Positions 26,810-39,433 of a DNA stretch of 64,000 bases are shown in pieces. The notes under the pieces were generated by a model that was not told the DNA's origin, searched no databases, and saw only the letters and a list, made by a program, of their open reading frames with translations. Both the position numbers and the translations under genes were made by a program. Source of the stretch: Bilabrum cf. latius (lineage: Eukaryota). How positions within the stretch are numbered: position 1 is the first letter of the stretch; every line of letters starts with the position of its first letter. The stretch lies in assembly GCA_965178125.1 (NCBI GenBank), contig OZ237740.1, positions 434,001 through 498,000 on the forward strand. Reading direction: 5' to 3'.

Positions 26810-28219
26810 ATGGCTGGAGTTGCAGGAGCAACTGAAGCTGATAAATCCAGTCATTCAAGTGACGGCGGGGAGGTGAGCGCCACTGCTCATGCGGCTGATT
26901 GGGTCGATGAATCGATGCGTGCGGACGACGGATGCGAAGCCGTCACAATCGGTGATGTACAGTGGGAAATGATGAAAACCCGCATGATTGGATTCAGCAC
27001 TTTAGATCATTTGACTGGCATGCCGGAAGGGTACGCCCTGACCAAGGTGTGCACGTTCGATGAGGACGAGCTCGAGGTTTTCGATACTTCGTCTGGCAAG
27101 GTGGTCGCCACGATCAAGCTCGAAAATCAAGGCAAGTGTTACTACGACATGTTCTACATTCCCCGGTCTGGCATCTTCACCTTAATCGACGTGGGGGTAT
27201 ACCATGTTGACCTGCACAAACTCGAAGCAACCGAGCTGCCTGGCTCGAAAGACTACTGCTACTGGCCTGGGCTACTTGACCGCGCATCTGGTAACCAGCT
27301 GCGTCCATGGGCCAAGTTCGAGGTGTACTCCTACTCGGCTACTACTGGCAAGCAGACCACGATCGAGGCGGCAGAGGTGCAGGCCACCGTTCCGATCGAA
27401 TCTGAGCTTGTGAAAGGCAAGTCGCCCGTAACCCGTGTCCACAAAACGCTGACGGGGCCCATCAGGGGTATGTCTGTCCTCAAGGAGCCTTTGGCTGGCT
27501 GCACCGTTCCTGCACACTACATCAGGCTGCAGGATGGCCGAATCGCAGCATGGGCTGAGCAAGGGGAGGGGTACGGTGGCCTGATCATGTGGGACATGGC
27601 GACCAAGAAGGTCCGCTTCGCCGCTGCCTGCTTCCTGCTGGAAGACAACCCAAAATGCGAGGACTGGGAAGAGATCATGGAGGATAATGGAGATACAGAC
27701 GGCACCCTTGTGCAGGTGGGTCCCTCCATGGTGGCCCTGCTGCTGCAGAACCACAAGTACGGCATCGTGCTCATCGACGTTGATCGCATGGAGCAAGTGG
27801 GGCTTGCAGCGGAGGGCGAGCACATCCACCTGGCCGAGGCCGTGCATGTGGAGGGCATGGACCATGCCATGCTGGTGGCTGGGACCGTGAGTCCTGGTAA
27901 ACTGCAGGTGTGGTGTCCTGTAGACGGTGATGCAGGTTGGTACAAGAAGCAGCAGGAGGTTGAGCTCGGCGAGAAGGTGACGGGAGTGACGGCTCTGAAG
28001 GCAATTCCGGGGGGCAAGCTGCTGGTGTCTGCACGCCAAGGGGAGTTCAGCGATACGTCTTTTGATGACCACCCCTTCAAGTGCTTCGAGCTGAAGGGTG
28101 TCAAGGTACAGCTGTCGGCTGCGACAGAAGCCATGGATGATGAGACTGCTACAGCCGGTGTAGGCGGGAGCATGCTGCTCCAGGCGATGGAGGCGCATGG
28201 CGAATCTGGTTCTAGCTGA
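26810..28219 (+). CDS. Host gene X copy B, 469-aa hypothetical protein (possibly beta-propeller-like)
   Basis: Long ORF with strong GC3 codon bias that is conserved with the paralog at 3458-4157 and ends in TGA. The fold is a guess from short strand-like segments. Confidence 0.8.
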   Translation: MAGVAGATEADKSSHSSDGGEVSATAHAADWVDESMRADDGCEAVTIGDVQWEMMKTRMIGFSTLDHLTGMPEGYALTKVCTFDEDELEVFDTSSGKVVATIKLENQGKCYYDMFYIPRSGIFTLIDVGVYHVDLHKLEATELPGSKDYCYWPGLLDRASGNQLRPWAKFEVYSYSATTGKQTTIEAAEVQATVPIESELVKGKSPVTRVHKTLTGPIRGMSVLKEPLAGCTVPAHYIRLQDGRIAAWAEQGEGYGGLIMWDMATKKVRFAAACFLLEDNPKCEDWEEIMEDNGDTDGTLVQVGPSMVALLLQNHKYGIVLIDVDRMEQVGLAAEGEHIHLAEAVHVEGMDHAMLVAGTVSPGKLQVWCPVDGDAGWYKKQQEVELGEKVTGVTALKAIPGGKLLVSARQGEFSDTSFDDHPFKCFELKGVKVQLSAATEAMDDETATAGVGGSMLLQAMEAHGESGSS

Positions 28220-28420
28220 TCAGTGGAATTCAGGATTTCAGATTGTCCATGATTCCGGAATCCGGATCCGAAAGTTTTGACCACAAAGGATCAATCGGAT
28301 AGACTGAAGCTTTGCCCCGTGCAGGTTTACCTTGACCTCGATTGAAATTACGCTACTAGACCTGGCTGATAAACCGCATGAATCCGGATTGCAAGAAGCT
28401 AATTCTAGCAAATTGAAAAA

Positions 28421-28805
28421 GCAACTTCCCATCATGGATGCTGCACTGCACCACACACTCACACAGCACCCTGCCCCTTGCCAAATCCGAAAGCGACCTC
28501 CCATCACGGATGCTGCAGTGCACCTCGCACTCGCAGCACCCTGCCCCAAGCCCAATTCAAAAGCGACCTCCCATCACGGATGCTGCAGTGCACCACGCAC
28601 TCGCAGCACCCTGCCCCAAGCCCAATTCAAAAGCGACCTCCCATCACGGATGCTGCAGTGCACCACGCACTCGCAGCACCCTGCCCCAAGCCCAATTCAA
28701 AAGCGACCTCCCATCACGGATGCTGCAGTGCACCACGCACTCGCAGCACCCTGCCCCAAGCCCAATTCAAAAGCGACCTCCCATCACGGATGCTGCAGTG
28801 CACCA
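28421..28805. repeat. 70-bp tandem array, copy B (~5 units)
   Basis: Same family as 12471-13343, with array-specific variants (ccccaagcccaattcaa). Confidence 0.93.
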
Positions 28806-28852
28806 CACAATAATAGTATCCAATCGGGCCCATCTGGTAGTGCTCTGACCTC

Positions 28853-31800
28853 TCATTTGCACGTGGCATACACGGTGGACACACTTACACCCTGAATGTC
28901 CAGCTCGTAGTCCTGTTCCGGTACACCGACGGCCAGGGCGCGCCTGGATGCATCGTAGCGAGCTTGCTCTGCGTCATTCAGGGTTTGATCGGGCGTCGAG
29001 AACCAGCCCGAATCTAGACGCCTGTGCTCTCGGACTGCGTTGGCGTACGTTGTACGAGCCGCCTCCAGCCTGCGCCTGGCATCATCAGCCTCGCTGGCCT
29101 TCGTTGGAAGGTAATGGTCTAGCCACTTCATACCAGTACCACTCGTCGCCATCACCTGCAGGCACATGTGAGTGCTGGTGTGACGGTGCTTCTGGGTGGT
29201 AGGGAACGGCTTCAGGTCCGACTCGACGTGGAAGGGGTGTCCGAAATTCACACCAAGCACGGCGCGCATTGCCGTCGTCGGGCCGAAGCTTCTGGTCTCC
29301 GCCATTGACTCCAGCCGAGGGTACAGACTGCTGCCGCGACTCCCGCTGTTGCATGCAGAGTTGAACTGGATCAACAGAGGAACTGGTTTGTGGGACAGCG
29401 GCTTGCCATACAGAGTCCAGGTGCCTGCCACAGGGAGCCTCTCGCCGATTGTAGTAGCGTCCTGCCCTGGCTCAGATCCCCATGCCGAGGTGCCAGCGTC
29501 TGCGAACATCTTCAGCGGGGCCACGCGATCCACCGACACTTCCAGAAGCATTGGTGGTATCGCCCTTGCCACTGCACTCTTGTGATCACGACCCCAGCTC
29601 AGCTGAATACCATGATTGTATTGCATCGGTGCATCATCCAGCTGACAAGACGTCAAGCCACGCCGCAGCCCGCTCAGCCCATACGACTGCAGCTTGAACG
29701 TGTTAGCCACATCGGCCGGATCCACCTTGCGGTAGATCACGTTGACTCCTCCGATGCTGTCCTCTCGCCCCTTCGCACTCACACGCGGACTCAGCGATGC
29801 ATCAGGCAACCCCTCCTCGTCGTGCTGTAGCTTGCCAGTCGTGTACACGCCGGCTTCAGACCGAAGCAGGCTGCCCTCCACCGCGCGGAAGAGCGGCTTC
29901 GTCTTGCACTTCTGGCTCCCAATGCTGTGCAGGCCACCCCACACCAGCTTCTCTTTCGTGGCCCCCGGCAGCTTGATCTCCACAGGACGCACGTATCCCA
30001 CTTCCAGCGGCGAGCAGAACGAGGACGCCAGACACACGTGCCGGGCCTGGCACAGACCGTACGGCTCTGAGTCGCCTTCGACACCGCACCTAGGCAGCGG
30101 GTGCCTGCACTCCCCTCCCTCCTGCTCCGCCTGTTTGCGGTACTTGTCCGGGCAGTAGCCGCCAGTGCCCAGGATAGCATGCAGGGCGCGCTTCCGGATT
30201 GCCTCGAGCTTAGTAAGCCGGCATGTCTCGCCCAACAGCGCCTCTTCCCCCTCGGGCAGCGGCCTGCCGTACTTGTGCTCGAATGACGTGCACTCCAGGC
30301 TAGACGGCGGCTGGAATCGAGTGCCGCCGCGCTTGCCGCACGCCAGGTGGATGCCGCTGCCATCGCCCCCAGCGGACCCATCAGCCCCTGACTCGCCAGA
30401 GACATACGACATGTAGTGCGACACGGAGCTGAGGCACGCCCTGCACGCGTCTGTCGCCTGCTGGTGGTACTCGTTGACGATCTTGGTGGTGGTGCTGCCG
30501 TCCGGATGCCTGTGCTCGTGCTCTGACTCGAACTTGTTCACGAGAGCAAACTCCGAGTCGTTCAGGTGGCAGGACTTGCGGAAGGCCTCGTGCTTCCTGG
30601 CCATCTCGTCGCAGTCCTGCAGCGGGTACGGCTTGGCCTCTGGGAATCCATTCGCGCTGCGCTCGTTGTGGATCTTGATCAGGTAGTTGAGCACCTCCTC
30701 GCAGTCTGCCTTGGGCAGGCCCGTCTCGGCCGACAGCCGCAGCAGCGTGCTTGCACCGTGCGACGCAAACACGTTGTGCGAGGCCTGCCGAATGCGCTCC
30801 TGCATGGCGGCTTCGATGAGGAACTTCCTGGCCTTGGCGGCTTGCAGCACCTGGGATAGTGGGATGTCCTTGAGCTCATTGCCGTCGGCGTCCAGCATCT
30901 AGGTATCTCCGGACATGAAGCACATCCGGCCGACCGCTTCCATGCTCTCCACCCTGCCGCGGCTCGACCGTTTGCCTGCCTCCATCGCTATGCGGGTGCA
31001 CGCCTCCCAGTCGCCGAAGAGAGCCAGGCCGTGCAGGGCCCAGAACTTCATGTCCACCACGGCCGGCATCGTGTCCACCGTGGTGGCCCAGCGCTTGAGC
31101 CCAGCCATCATCGTCTCGCGGTCCTGCGTGGCGCTGACGAGGCTGGGCTCGCCTCCCCTGACGCTCACCGTGACGTCTGTGGCGAGCTGAGCAGTGCGCC
31201 GAGACTTGCCGGACGACCACGCCGCGCTGAGATCCACTCCTGCCTTGCCTGCACTGGAGGCCAGCTCTGCAAGCTGCAGGGCCCGTTGGATGGTGGGCCC
31301 GTCCTCGCGGATGGAGCTGGTCTTGTACGAGGTGTCCACGACTTCCTCCCGCCCGTCCACGATGCGAGTGTACTTGGTGCTGGCGGTGGTGGTGTGGTTG
31401 GAGCGAGACGCCGTGAGGATGTCACCGACTGAGATGGACTCTGCCGGGTCGAAGCTGGCCTGCAGGGAGAGGGCGGTGTCGGTGTGCTCGTCCGTGGAGA
31501 GCTTCTCGGAGCTGAACTTGCGGGTGACGGTGTACTCCCCTCCCATCGCGATGCTCGTGGACACGAGTTCACCATACGTGTTAAGGAATCCAAGGTACTG
31601 ATCTTGTACCCAATCAGGGACAGAGGCCCACAACTTCTGAAGGCCCTCGCGGCCGAGCGCCTTGCCAGGATAGAAGTCTTTGATGTACTCCACGGCATTG
31701 GAGGTGACGCGTAGTTGCAGAACAGCTCTCTTGAACTCATCCGTAAGCAGCGTCTCGTCAAGCACCAGCTGGCACTCAATCGTTTCAAGTGCATCGTCAG

Positions 31801-32480
31801 TGGCTTTTCCGATATCAAGGGGCCCTGCTCGTACTTCATGTGGCAGTAGCGGCGTAGTTGAACCATCTTTTCTGGCCTTATCCAGGCAGCCGACAGCGTA
31901 GATGCTCTCTGGAACACTCAGTGAATGCGTCAAGATGGTGCGGGTGGTAGAAACGGTAGTCCCTTCATTAGCAGACTGCTGCGAAGAATCTGAAGACGTT
32001 GATGCGCTTATTCCAGCTACAATTGGACCTAAAGCGGCGCTGAGTCCGAGCTTGGTAGCGCGCTACGATGCCACATCGACGGCATCGCTACAGTGCTGCG
32101 CAGTACTGCTCGAAGTTGCCGTTGCCCTCCTCTACAGGTCAACCTGCGCAGCCATAAATCAATTGAGGTTGCATCATATTAGTCGTTTTTATTCATTTCA
32201 TTTTCCAGTAGGCAGAATACCAGAATACCAGAATTATTTGTAGGCAGTATGACGAGTGTAATGTTGCGCGCACTTCATTTATTCAGATTTGGTTCTTGCG
32301 ACCAAATTGTGGGCGCGCGCGCCCGGAAACATCGGGGGATCCGCATCATGGCTCCCAATGCGATCAATCGGCTCGAAATACAAACGAAGCAAGCTTACAT
32401 CAATTCAAATATGATACTTAGCTCAAATTCTGTATAATCAAGATCTCACATAATCTGGGACCCACACCATCCCCGTCGGC
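28853..32480 (-). pseudogene. MACPF-like protein 1 copy B, 3' portion (exon 2 32143-28853, intron 32449-32144, end of exon 1); exon 1 split by the virophage
   Basis: Colinear with copy A at a constant offset of 15460 across exon 2. The rest of exon 1 is at 56129-56360. Confidence 0.8.
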
Positions 32481-34099
32481 TGTTATCCGCCAAAATGTGG
32501 AGTTATGATAACTCTATTTCTACTATATAGTAGAAATAGAGTTTACTTATATAAAAACTACACACATTTTGGCGGATAACATAAGAGGTCAATATTAACC
32601 ACTTCACAACATCTTAAGCCGTAGTCCTTCATAATGTCCTTCACTTGAACATAATAATTTAATAGCTATTTATTCATATATCTACCTAATTTAATACCTT
32701 CGCGCCGTTAATGTCTATCTGTTAGACCTTTACTTTACTTAATCTGTTGAGTGAATCCCTAGCCTAAGTCTTAGGATATGCCCGCCCGAAATTGCGGAAA
32801 TATATAGTCATTTAAGAATATATGTTCGCAATTCTGGGCGCGTAGGTGTATTGAGTTTTATATTATGATTTGGTTTTAAGTATCAATTGACATTTACCAC
32901 TTTAGAAAATAACTAAATAAATACTTAAAGAGATTGACAGAAGTATTAAAGTCTTTTTAATACTTCCAATGAAAAATTTAAATTAATAAATAAAACTAAA
33001 CTAATATATCAACTTAATTTATCTCTTTTTTTATTACTTGTCAATCTATACTTAAATAATTGAATATTTAAATTTAACTAGAAGGAGATATTAATCACTT
33101 TATAAAGTCTTTTATATGTCATCTCTTCAAAACTTCAAATATAAGGGTATCCCCTTAAAAATACATCCTTTAATCTATCGCCCGAAATTGCGGTAATATT
33201 ATAGCTATTCAAGATATATTTTCGCAATTCTGGGCGCGTAGGTGTATTGAGTTTTATTTTTCATAATTCTTTAAATATGTTTAAGTCCTTTGTTTGAGTA
33301 TATGATATAAAGGAATACAAAACGGGATAACTTAAAAATGATAAATATTTTGACGATGACTTTAAAATGATAAATATTTTGACGATAACTTAAAAATGAT
33401 AAATGTTTTGACGATGACTTTAAAATGACTCAATGAACTGGTTTATGTCAAGTGTATTACTTTGAAATGATTAATCACTAGATTAAATGGAAAATATAGG
33501 ATAATTAAATATGGTATAGTATAATACTAGCGCCCGAAATTGCGGTAATATATTAGGATATTAAGATATATTGTCGCAATTCTGGGCGCGTAGGTGTATT
33601 GAGTTTTATATTTTGTTAATTTTGACATAGTTATCTTATAGAGGTGTAATTTTGTAATAAAGATATTTCTAGTATGTGCTATATTAAATGTCCAGAAATG
33701 ACGGCCCGAAATTGCGGAAATATATTAGGATATTAAGAGATATTGTCGCAATTCTGGGCGCGTAGGTGTCTTCAATAATTAATAATCAACTACTTCTTTA
33801 TTTTGATTAATTTTTTTGACTTACCGTTCATTTTATTGACCACTTAACGGGATATCACAAAAAGACTTAACCACTTGACGAGATATTTTAAAATAACTAA
33901 TAATAAATATGACCGCCCCAAATTGTATCTCCAGATATGACCGCCCCAAATTGTATCTCCAGATATGACCGCCCCAAATTGTATCTCCAGATATGACCGC
34001 CCCAAATTGCGGAAATATATAAGTATCAAGAAAATTATGTTTGCAATTCTGGGCGCTCACCCGTATTCAATTTTACATATTCACTAACTCATACCACTT
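32481..34099 (+). repeat. Left terminal inverted repeat (1619 bp)
   Basis: Reverse complement of 54566-56128, with two extra copies of a 28-bp unit (atatgaccgccccaaattgtatctccag). Contains five 58-bp dyads and a ~29-bp x3.5 array at ~33330-33430. Confidence 0.95.
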
Positions 34100-34298
34100 G
34101 AAGTGGTCCATTTGATCTTGTGTTCATATTTAGAATGTCCTTTAACTTGTATCAATGTATTGAGTACTTCTTCTAACTAGTCCTTAACAAATGATTTTGT
34201 CTTATGATATGTCTTGGTAGTCTTCACCTATTTAATAACTAATTTACAAGTCTTACCGACAATATACTAAGTTAATAAATCTTGTATCATAATATATT

Positions 34299-34706
34299 AT
34301 GTATGAGATAATTATTGATGGATTCAAATATAAACCCTCTACTCGTAGAAATAAGAAATATGATGTATTCAAAAATGGTAAGTATATCACTAGCTTTGGT
34401 GATGCACGATATGCTCAATACTTTGATTTGATTGGTAAGTATGGAGATAATAACCATATTGACCCTAAAAGACGACGCCTATACTACCGAAGACACGGGA
34501 AGACTACCGATACTAATAGCTCAAAATATCACAGTCATAAAATCTTATGGGGAAGTGATAATGCTATTAAGGACTACTTAACAAAACTAGCCAATGGAGT
34601 ATTAGATGTAAAAAGGTATGTTAAAGGGGATACTTTGGAAAAATGGTTAGATGACTATAGGTCTAAAGTGGACGCAAGACTGAAACAATTAAAAATATTA
34701 AATTAA
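34299..34706 (+). CDS. Tlr6F-like protein (virophage/Polinton/Tlr family)
   Basis: PSTRRNKKYDV...SFGDARYAQY...HIDPKRRRLYYRRH...ILW pattern typical of Tlr6F; TAA stop. Confidence 0.75.
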   Translation: MYEIIIDGFKYKPSTRRNKKYDVFKNGKYITSFGDARYAQYFDLIGKYGDNNHIDPKRRRLYYRRHGKTTDTNSSKYHSHKILWGSDNAIKDYLTKLANGVLDVKRYVKGDTLEKWLDDYRSKVDARLKQLKILN

Positions 34707-34863
34707 AAAGTCAATACGCCTACGCGCCCAGAATTGCGAAAATATATCTTGAATAGCTATAATATTACCGCAATTTCGGGCGCCCAAATTTGAATCGAGC
34801 TTAAGACATCTCGTTTAATTAGACTTAAAAATAATATATTATTATAGTATATACTATATTATA

Positions 34864-35397
34864 ATGTGCTATAAATGTCGTAACTTCATAATCAATAAGC
34901 TAAAGATTAATGACTGGAATAAGATAGCCCCTCTATTAATACCAGCTGGAGAGACTAGAGAAGAAGACGGAAAGTGTATCTGTGATCACCAAATTAAGGA
35001 AGTTCATTTCGTTGAGTATCCCCCAACTGGTGATATATTTAAATTAGGTTCTGAATGTATTAATAACACATTCGAAAAGGATCATGATGTGTATAAGGCT
35101 TGTATGTATAAGACTTGTGATGTATGCTCTTGTGTTGTTAAACGTAGTAGCTGGAAAAGTCATATTAAATCCATTAAACACGAATTAAATAAAGACATAT
35201 TAAAAGATAAGAGTAGATGCACTGATTGCGATGAGTTCATTGAAAAACATAAATATAAAAAGACTTGTCTTAGTTGTTATAATAAAAAGAGGAAATACTC
35301 ACAATGTAAGAAATGTGAAAAGTATCTTATTAAACCAGGAGCCACTTTCTGGTTTTGTTATGACTGTAACTAGAAGAGAAAGAAATATAAGAAATAA
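34864..35397 (+). CDS. Cys-rich zinc-ribbon/zinc-finger protein (177 aa)
   Basis: Multiple CxxC pairs and a C2H2-like CDVC...H...H. Extends through TAG 35371 to TAA 35395. Confidence 0.75.
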
Positions 35398-35437
35398 TGT
35401 TTAATTTACGCCAACATATTATATCGTCTTTATATAT

Positions 35438-35671
35438 ATGTACGACTTGAAAATTATAATGTCTCCCAAGTTTTTAAAAGCTTGTAAAAATAATAAAGTT
35501 ATTGAAAAGGCTATAAAAGCTATTGAAGACAATTTAAAAGATGAAATTAAATTATGTTTTGATGGCAATGAGTGGGATATGTCAAATGGATCATAGACTC
35601 TTTTTTATAATCTTCAAAGTAAAGAAGAACGAGAAGAAATATTAAAGAAAAATGGAACAATTACAACATAA
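35438..35671 (+). CDS. Small hypothetical protein (77 aa, 1 TAG)
   Basis: ATG follows the CGCCAA...TATATAT motif; open to TAA with TAG read through. Confidence 0.5.
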
Positions 35672-35757
35672 ACAACTAGAAGAAATAACAGAAGACAATA
35701 TGTTATAAAATCGTTTAATTAACGCCAAAATTTATATCTACTATATATATAGTAAAT

Positions 35758-37413
35758 ATGACTAATAAAGGCAAGACATACACTAGAGGTAAAATATCTT
35801 ACACGTATGGTGATGAACCGACAAAAAATCAAAAAGATAGTGATAATTTAGAAGCCACTATTAAGGGACTACTTGATAAAGGGTTTAATGAGATACCAAC
35901 CACTAAAGAAAGTATTAAAAAGATTCCTTTATACTCTTACGTTTCGTACATCTCAAATATCAAAGGAAAGCCACTATTTAGAAGAGGTGGGGTAATTAAC
36001 TCAATATAGAAGGATGGAGACTATTTCACTTTATATAACTTAGTGAGTCGTGTTCATTTTAGCGTTCAATAGTCTAACCTAGTTCGTCTTTTTTATAAGA
36101 TGACTAAAGCTTAGACGAAAAAACTTAATAAACCAACCGGTAAATTAATTGAAGTAGAAGATGAGGACGACAAAGACAAATTTAATTATAAACCAATATT
36201 AAAGAAACTATATTATGAAGAAGGTAATGTAGTCAGTCGTGATGCGTTATATGACCTAGCTAGACAAAAAGATAAACGTATTAAAAGACGACAAGTAGAA
36301 AAGTGGTTAAATAACTAGATGCTCCACCAATTGACCAAAAAACGACCTAAACAGTCAGCAGTAAGTTCTTTTGTACCTACTAAGCCTTTCTCAATTTACG
36401 CATTGGACTTAATAGACATGCAAAAGTATTCAGACACTAATGACGGCTATAATTGGATATTAAATATAATGGATATATTCACAAAATACCTATGGAGTAT
36501 TTCATTAAAAGATAAGACATTAGTTAATATAATTCGTGAGATGAAGAAACTATTTAAGAAACCTAATTGGAGAAAACCGACTGTTATGTTAAGTGATAAT
36601 GAGTTTAATAAAGAGGCATATATTAAATTTATGAATGACAATGACATAAAACCACTATTCACCATCGCAGGAAATCCATAGTCTAATGGTGCAGTTGAAA
36701 GACTTAATAGGACTATAAAAGAATAGATTAGAAAAGACTTTGCTATTAAGAATGACAGTGATGGTGTTTGGCATACGTCATTATAGAGACTAGTAAGAGC
36801 ATATAATAAGAGAAAACACAACACTATAGGAATGTCTCCACTAGAAGCAATGAAACCCGAAAATTTAGAAGTAGTTAGATCTAGAATTGAAAATAAGAAA
36901 TTATCCAATAATTTCGACGGGAATGATAAAGATCTTAATGTAGGGGATAGAGTTAGAGTATTACTTGAGAAGAACAAGTTTAAAGGGAATTTATTCAATT
37001 GGTCTAGAGAAGTCTTCACTGTTAGATAGAAGACCAAACCAAGAAATCCCAAGTAGAGGATTAAATATAAAGTAATGGACAAAGAGGGAGAACCTCTTAC
37101 TGGATTCTTTAATGCTTCACAGTTATAGAAAATAGACAATGTAGAACACGAAGATAAGGTAAATGATGACATAGACAAGGAAAGTGAAGAGCCTGAAATT
37201 GATAATGTTGAAGGTTTAGAAGTAGAACCAGACACAATAGAGAAGTTTTTAGATAAAAGACAAAATAAAGATAGACTTATTGAATACTTAGTCAAATATA
37301 AGGGATATTCTAATAAGTTTAATGAATGGATTACCCGTAAGAAATTAGAATAGGATTATGGGAAAGACCAAATACGACCACTTGCGAAAGACTATTCTGA
37401 TAGATAGAGATAA
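35758..37413 (+). CDS. Retroviral-type (rve, DDE) integrase with C-terminal chromodomain, 551 aa
   Basis: One frame with ~12 TAGs and a final TAA. Motifs ALDLIDM, IMDIFTKY, LSDNEF, NP*SNGAVERLNRTIKE, YNKRKHNTIGMSP, VGDRVRV and chromo-like EYLVKYKGYSNKFNEW. Confidence 0.92.
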
Positions 37414-37643
37414 TTAATCTAGTAATATACTTTATGGCATAATACCAGCGCCCCAAATTGCGATAATATATTAGGATATTAAGATATATTTCCGCAATTC
37501 TGGGCGCGTAGGTGTATTGATTTTTATAATTATGTCATTTTATGTTAGCCAGTGTATAGATACGACTTTTGAAATATTAAATTTTTCTAGTATTTACCAT
37601 ATTAATATAAAACAAAGTCAAAGAAATTATTTATAATAAGTAT

Positions 37644-38324
37644 ATGGAATTGTTAAATATAACAAGATACAAAAATAAAGACCTTCTAAAAAGAGTAGTC
37701 AAGTTAAGTGAAAAGTACAAGTGGTCTCGTGATGACTTAAAAATGTTATGGATTAACAAGCATTATTCAAGTTTATAGGGTGAAATAGATGATGAAGGGG
37801 ACGAGATAGCAACTATAAATTTAGTGAGACAACCGTCTAAAATAGAACCTATCTAGTTAAAACCTCCACAATTAGAACGACAATAGGCTATATTGGAAGA
37901 TGTTGAATTAGATAGCGAAGACATAGAGGATAATAAAGAGGAAGACTATTTGAATGATACATATAGTGATACAAGTAGTGAAGTAGTGAGTGAAGTCATT
38001 GAAGAGAAACCAATTAAAGAGAAACCAAAACCACAAAACAATATTAGTGATCTTACAGTGAGTGATAAACCTGAATATGTTTATTGTGTAGAGATTAATG
38101 ATACAAAGGTATATTTTAACAAAAAGAATACATAGACTTATCCTGATGCTTTAAGAAGAGGTAAATCACACGCTGATAAAATGAGAAAGCGAGTATTAGG
38201 ACATCTTCATTTTGATGAGACCGATATGTATGACAGCAACTTATGGTATGCTAAAGTGTGCTGGGGTGATAGTGATAAAATTCATGATAACTTTACAAAG
38301 TTTAAAAATATCTTATTAAAATGA
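37644..38324 (+). CDS. Hypothetical protein (226 aa) with an acidic centre and a degenerate Tlr6F-like C-terminus
   Basis: Open from ATG 37644 to TGA 38322 with TAG read through. The C-terminal KVYF...TYPD...HADKMRKR...WYAKVCWG resembles the 34299 protein. Confidence 0.65.
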
Positions 38325-38343
38325 CCACTATATATATAGGTAA

Positions 38344-38850
38344 ATGAAAAACACAATTTGGAAGTTTTTAAATGAATACTTTGATGTCTTTAGTTTAATA
38401 CTTAAAATACGAGACGAAAACCCTAGTGATGTCATAAGTACTATAATAGCAATGTATGAAGAGAGCGAAATAGAAGACCCAAAAGAGATCCATAAACATA
38501 TGAGTGAAATACGTCATAACTTGGAACTTAGATTTAAAACAAAGTATGTTGAAGTATTAAGCACAGATCACGATGACAAAGCAGAAAGTTATCTCCATCT
38601 TAATAATATATTATGTAATATTGAAGGAGAGCAATATGTGGAGGATAGCAAAATCAAGATGTCCGAGAAAAAACAAGTATTTATAAAGACTTACGGTGAT
38701 GTGGATAAATTCAACGAGACTGTCCAAGAGATGGAACAAGAAGACGAAAAGACTAAAACAGGAGTAGAAAAAGAAATAGATCAAAAGTTAAGTCTATTAT
38801 GTAATACTTCTAAACAACCAGACAATATTTGTCTAGATTATAAATTGTAA
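38344..38850 (+). CDS. Hypothetical protein (168 aa)
   Basis: Complete ORF with CTATATATATAG just upstream and a TAA stop. Confidence 0.75.
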   Translation: MKNTIWKFLNEYFDVFSLILKIRDENPSDVISTIIAMYEESEIEDPKEIHKHMSEIRHNLELRFKTKYVEVLSTDHDDKAESYLHLNNILCNIEGEQYVEDSKIKMSEKKQVFIKTYGDVDKFNETVQEMEQEDEKTKTGVEKEIDQKLSLLCNTSKQPDNICLDYKL

Positions 38851-38962
38851 TATCAGTATGTATTTTAATTATAAAAATACAAATTGACAGGTTAGATACG
38901 ACCGCCCCAAATTGCGGATATATTATAGCTATTCAAGATATATTTTCGCAATTCTGGGCGTC

Positions 38963-39277
38963 TCACCGTGTTGATTTTTCCACACGTTTTAACTCATTCA
39001 TAATTTCTAAATCAAGTAAGCCATTAATAATACGAAAATCTTTGTAATCTTGCGCCATCTAAAACATTCCTTCATATTTAGGCAACATAGCCATTTTAAG
39101 ACCTAGGATAGACTTAATATCTTCGTAGGTAATAATCTAGTCTTTTTCTACTTCTTTTAGCTCTTCAACTTCACAAATACGAAGGTCCTTTCCATCAAAA
39201 AATTGATCAAAAGCTGTCTTTACCTTTTTTAATATATTGTTCAAACTTTTTATGTTATAAATATTATTAAAGTTCAT
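38963..39277 (-). CDS. Hypothetical protein (104 aa, 2 TAG)
   Basis: MNFNNIYNIKSL... to TGA, with the upstream CGCCAAAA/TATATATAG motif; fills the space between two dyads. Confidence 0.65.
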
Positions 39278-39433
39278 TTCTATATATATATAGTAAATAT
39301 TTTTTGGCGGAATAATTAAACTTAGGATCTAACCGCCCCAAATTGCGGAAATATTATAGCTATTCAAGATATATTTGTGCAATTCTGGGCGCGTAGGCGT
39401 ATTGACTTTTGTATTATTTTGTATTTATTTGTA

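Noticed and set aside
36447-37295. 282-aa minus-strand ORF
   Set aside because: Antisense shadow of the integrase gene.
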